This document shows positions 61,501 through 64,000 of a stretch of DNA of 64,000 nt, piece by piece (the first letter of the stretch is position 1; every line of letters starts with the position of its first letter). The DNA is taken from the NCBI GenBank assembly GCA_002633005.1, contig NMRA01000118.1:620707-684706 (forward strand), in the 5' to 3' direction. A program made the translations under genes and the position numbers. This DNA is from Phoronis australis (Eukaryota > Animalia > Phoronida). The notes below the pieces were generated by a model. The model was not told the DNA's origin. It did no database searches and saw only the letters and a program-made list of their open reading frames with translations.

Positions 61501-63714
61501 GCATTATAAAATGGTTAGGCGCATAATCAGAGTTTCTGCTCTGGGAAGGTGAACATGTGAGTACTGATGCAAAGATCAAAGTGAGTTATGGACTTCTCAA
61601 AATGTTGCTATCACTCCATGAAGCTGACAAGAATCTAACTTATACACAAACAGTAATCACTTGCTTAAATTAATCTTCTGAGCTTGAAAACAGACAAAAA
61701 AATCCAATAATACATTTCAATATAATGTTTTCTCAATTCAGAATATTTATCGCAGCTTAGAAGGGAATGGTACTCATTTTCCACCACACCGGGGCAAGTG
61801 CCTGCCTACTTTAATCATGAGACTTTGGCTACTACACTAAACAGCAATTTATTTGCCACTATCAAAAATTCTTAACCATGTGCAATTTAGCCCTAAATAG
61901 CAGGCTATGTATATGTGACATGTTATTTAACTAAAAAGTGAACTATCAATAGGAAATCAAAGATTCACTGTAAATTCACAAACAGTACGTCCCCCAGCAA
62001 TGCAGGAAACCTAAACACTATCTTGTTGAAGTATTACTGAATATTCACAATCATGACTTATCTATTTATGCTCTGTCTTACTCGTTTTTTACTTCAATTG
62101 TAAAGTCAAATTTTGTCCAGATCATCGATAAAAAGTTAAATAACAAAACAATACGCTGTCCTTCAATATTCCTCAATATACTCTTCATTACATTATAGTA
62201 TACTGGATACATCGTAATATAAAACAAACCGTCTTGTTTCTATTATTTAACTTCCTACTTTACTTGTACCAGAGCACACAATACTACGTCTATGTACATG
62301 TATGAAACCCTAAAATTACTGAAAGTCTGGAAAGTAATCAAACGTTTTTTCGATGCCGTGTATATAAAAAATTCACCCCGCAAATGTTGCGCGACAAACT
62401 GTTGTATAATCCACACCCCGGCGAGGAGACAGTTATTTTTGGTAAAAGGTCAAATTAAGCATCAGGTTATTTGGCATCACATCCTAGTCGAAACCAACAA
62501 ACGCGTTGTGTTTGACAGCGTTAACATAAACCAAATACTTCAAAACTCCATTGGGGCCGAGAGGTTTACAGATTTTTGAAATCTTAAAAAATGGAACCAT
62601 GTTTGGGGTTCTGCGAGAAGCAGTGAGAAATTAGCATCTTAAATTCTCCAAAATATTCATTGAAGAGACCAAAGTCCTTGTTAACCTTTAATACATGATG
62701 TATACCTGTATGATATTGACTGATGTTTCCCATTCTCGGACATGCGCAGTTCAAGTTTTCAAATCTGTTCTGCTAAAAGCCTTTTAGTTCATAGAAAGAA
62801 CAAGTTATACACTAGGTAGCCGTAGTTTTATTATACAACCACTACTTCTCTTGTCCGTCCATTACTTAAACGAAAACAGTTTCTCTTGAAAACATCAACG
62901 GTCTCCTCATAAACAACACATTGGTTTGAGTAGACGCTAAGCCTTTTCGAGAGTCCTGATTGAAAGCAATCTCTCAAAGAGATTTTCCTGCAGTAATCTC
63001 TCAAACTAAATTGCACTCTGGGTAAGTATACTTTATATTCGAGAGAGTTCTATTAGAAAAGGAGACTCCATTATTTATTTTTGAGGCAATATATATTTGT
63101 CACCGATCGGGTGCGTTCCTGTAATCGTGATTATTCGGCCGGGTACGAACAAATACTTTAATTTTCAGGCTCCTTCCCGTGTCATATAGTTACCAAACAC
63201 GTCCAAACTCAAGCATTAATAACTGTGCACGGATTTGTGCGTGTCGGTCACCACCTTTTCAAAATGTCACTGTATTCGGAAGGTGGCGCTGTTAAAGAAA
63301 CTAAACTTATTTCAGCCACCAAATATAAGAGGAAGAACTTAACTCACCGGCGTTTCGGCTCATCTTCATAATGCAAGGTCTGAAATGATATTCGAAGGCT
63401 TATGTCGTTTTTCTACCATCTAGATTAAACAAAATCTGGAAGTCAATAAATCAACATAACCTGAGCGTATTAAATTATAGGTAAACCATTGCTTTTGTTT
63501 TCAGGAATTTGCAAAGCAATACTCTAGAAGAACTTGGCGGAAAGATATTTAACGCAAGCTCGACAGTGAATAAGTTACTTTTGCAGAATAATCACCTCGC
63601 TATGATACCCGTCGATGGATTTGATGACGTCACCCTCACTAAAATCTTCCTGGACAACAACCGACTGACGTTGTACCCAGGACCTGCCTTAGCGTCACAA
63701 CCAATTACAGAACT
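34531..63714 (+). CDS. Large secreted or cell-surface leucine-rich-repeat protein (signal peptide, LRRNT, ~28 LRRs; chaoptin/slit/ALS-like ectodomain); 3' part beyond the window
   Basis: GT-AG exons: 34531-34639, 34997-35138, 36931-36996, 38343-38405, 41127-41204, 42446-42586, 45944-46021, 47401-47472, 47750-47821, 48807-48965 (duplicate 50153-50311), 52664-52741, 53299-53433, 53918-54067, 54490-54639, 56313-56378, 56732-56875, 59237-59377, 60327-60449, 61290-61451, 63505-63714. They join into one open frame of 2339 nt. Features include signal MFCLRVLVGFCLALGCSSQ, cap TCSGCTCDEQNHVIKNC and repeats such as LSLSYNNFRTVPADALTGMSAL, IDLNNNELQVLNSNAFVNLPKL and LDLSSNQITEIPETAFHNCSSL. Confidence 0.9.
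35558..36690. repeat. Near-identical ~565-bp duplication (35558-36125 / 36127-36690) around a single N: probable haplotype overlap
   Basis: The copies differ by a 4-bp indel and a few SNPs. N at 36126. Confidence 0.85.
35929..36069 (-). mobile_element. MITE family D copy (repeated at ~36494-36634 by the assembly duplication)
   Basis: TIR cgttcagtagacgctaggacc / ggtcctagcgttactgaacg; homolog of 19471-19613. Confidence 0.75.
37936..38130 (+). mobile_element. MITE family A copy, right-truncated
   Basis: CATGCGCGCACCCAGCC start plus the family core ctcgaattttcgagcatgtagaccttttactaa. Confidence 0.75.
38920..39241. mobile_element. TTAA-flanked palindromic MITE (Kolobok/piggyBac-type target site)
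   Basis: TTAA|AGCTG...CAACT|TTAA. Arms pair imperfectly over about 100 bp (agccggctaaaa/ttttagccagct; ttttactctcata/tatgagagtaaaa). Confidence 0.65.
43780..45090. repeat. Complex of ~180-bp diverged units in tandem and inverted orientation
   Basis: The motif ttaatgaaatt...gttgcatgataaat...gcaaattaagg...tattcaaaattctacttg occurs twice at about 43790-44070. Its reverse complement (caagtagaattttgaata; aatttatcatg...atttcattaaa) occurs at about 44480-44990. Confidence 0.65.
45553..45710. repeat. Two-copy ~75-bp tandem duplication
   Basis: acagtaactgtttagaaacaggacaaaaactac.tttggttaaagtttac...gccatttttaataaaa occurs twice. Confidence 0.85.
47882..48154 (-). mobile_element. MITE family A full copy, TSD GCGGT/GCCGT
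   Basis: TIRs CATGTACGCACCCAG / TGGGTGCGCGCATG. The duplicated copy ending at 49507 is followed by a perfect gcggt. Confidence 0.85.
48080..50706. repeat. ~1.28-kb duplication (48080-49360 / 49425-50706) around a single N, including LRR exon 10
   Basis: The copies align end to end, with N at 49361. The exon copies differ by one non-synonymous change (AGC Ser / GGC Gly). Confidence 0.85.
51130..52330. repeat. Degenerate ~39-bp minisatellite in an LRR-gene intron
   Basis: Unit approximates gatcaggatgaggtgttgtacctttagagagtgaaagtt (39 nt). This produces the ~13-aa periodicity (INFHSLMIQHLTL) in the spurious minus-strand ORFs. Confidence 0.75.
57062..57226. repeat. CCA-rich simple repeat ((CCACCAACCACCG)n) running into an assembly gap
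   Basis: Direct reading; followed by the N-gap at 57227-57571. Confidence 0.85.
57227..57571. other. Assembly gap (345 N)
   Basis: Run of n characters. Confidence 0.98.
57640..58680. repeat. Diverged internally repetitive element (probable DNA-transposon remnant)
   Basis: Recurring modules ctgtatct...ggatctt (about 57650, 58037, 58445), gtatct...gttccttgac (about 57795, 58568) and ctagtggcaat (about 58148, 58651). Confidence 0.45.
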
Positions 63715-64000
63715 GTACGTATACAAACAGTAGACTGGACTAGCTTGCAGAAGGGAGGCGGGCGACGGGGCGCACATCAAAACATATTACATAAGTATTT
63801 TAGAACAATCCGTCAGATTCTCATATCATTCAAACAGTTACCGAAAATAACGCTTACCGATGGAAAATTTTGCTAAATTACGCTCGTGAGCGTACTTATG
63901 GGTGGTCCCAATTTTCGGAATTTCCCGGTACAAATACGAATTTACTGTTTAATTTTCTCATACAAGTTGGAAAGGATATGAATTAATAATGTAAGTAGCC

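Noticed and set aside
34531-63714. VLR-like or RAG-like somatic rearrangement locus
   Set aside because: The LRR modules are ordinary in-order exons with canonical splice sites. I saw no orphan cassettes or heptamer-nonamer signal pairs.

Overview
AT-rich, intron-rich animal (non-vertebrate bilaterian-like) genomic DNA; it is not prokaryotic and contains no CRISPR, rRNA or tRNA genes that I can support. Manual splicing recovers four genes that the ORF track mostly misses. (1) The first coding exon of ILRUN/C6orf106 (minus strand, 2068-2225), which continues off the left edge. (2) A two-coding-exon ecdysteroid-kinase-like (EcKL/CHK) gene (minus, 8716-11597, 432 aa). (3) An unrecognised three-exon single-pass membrane protein gene (minus, 21868-26405, about 195 aa). 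(4) A large signal-peptide + LRRNT + about 28-LRR gene (plus, 34531 to >63714; 20 exons, about 780 aa so far), which continues off the right edge and has all introns after the first in phase 2. Intergenic and intronic DNA holds three LINE 3' fragments, three distinct MITE families that all have CA(T/G)...(A/C)TG ends and 5-bp target-site duplications, foldback-like and TTAA elements, a 39-bp minisatellite and microsatellites. Three single-N joins have duplicated flanks that look like uncollapsed haplotypes: one reveals a filled/empty TTAA insertion site and another duplicates an LRR exon. I found no clearly new biological system. The best candidates are the modular LRR gene, the orphan membrane protein, the EcKL gene and the 5-bp-TSD MITE set.
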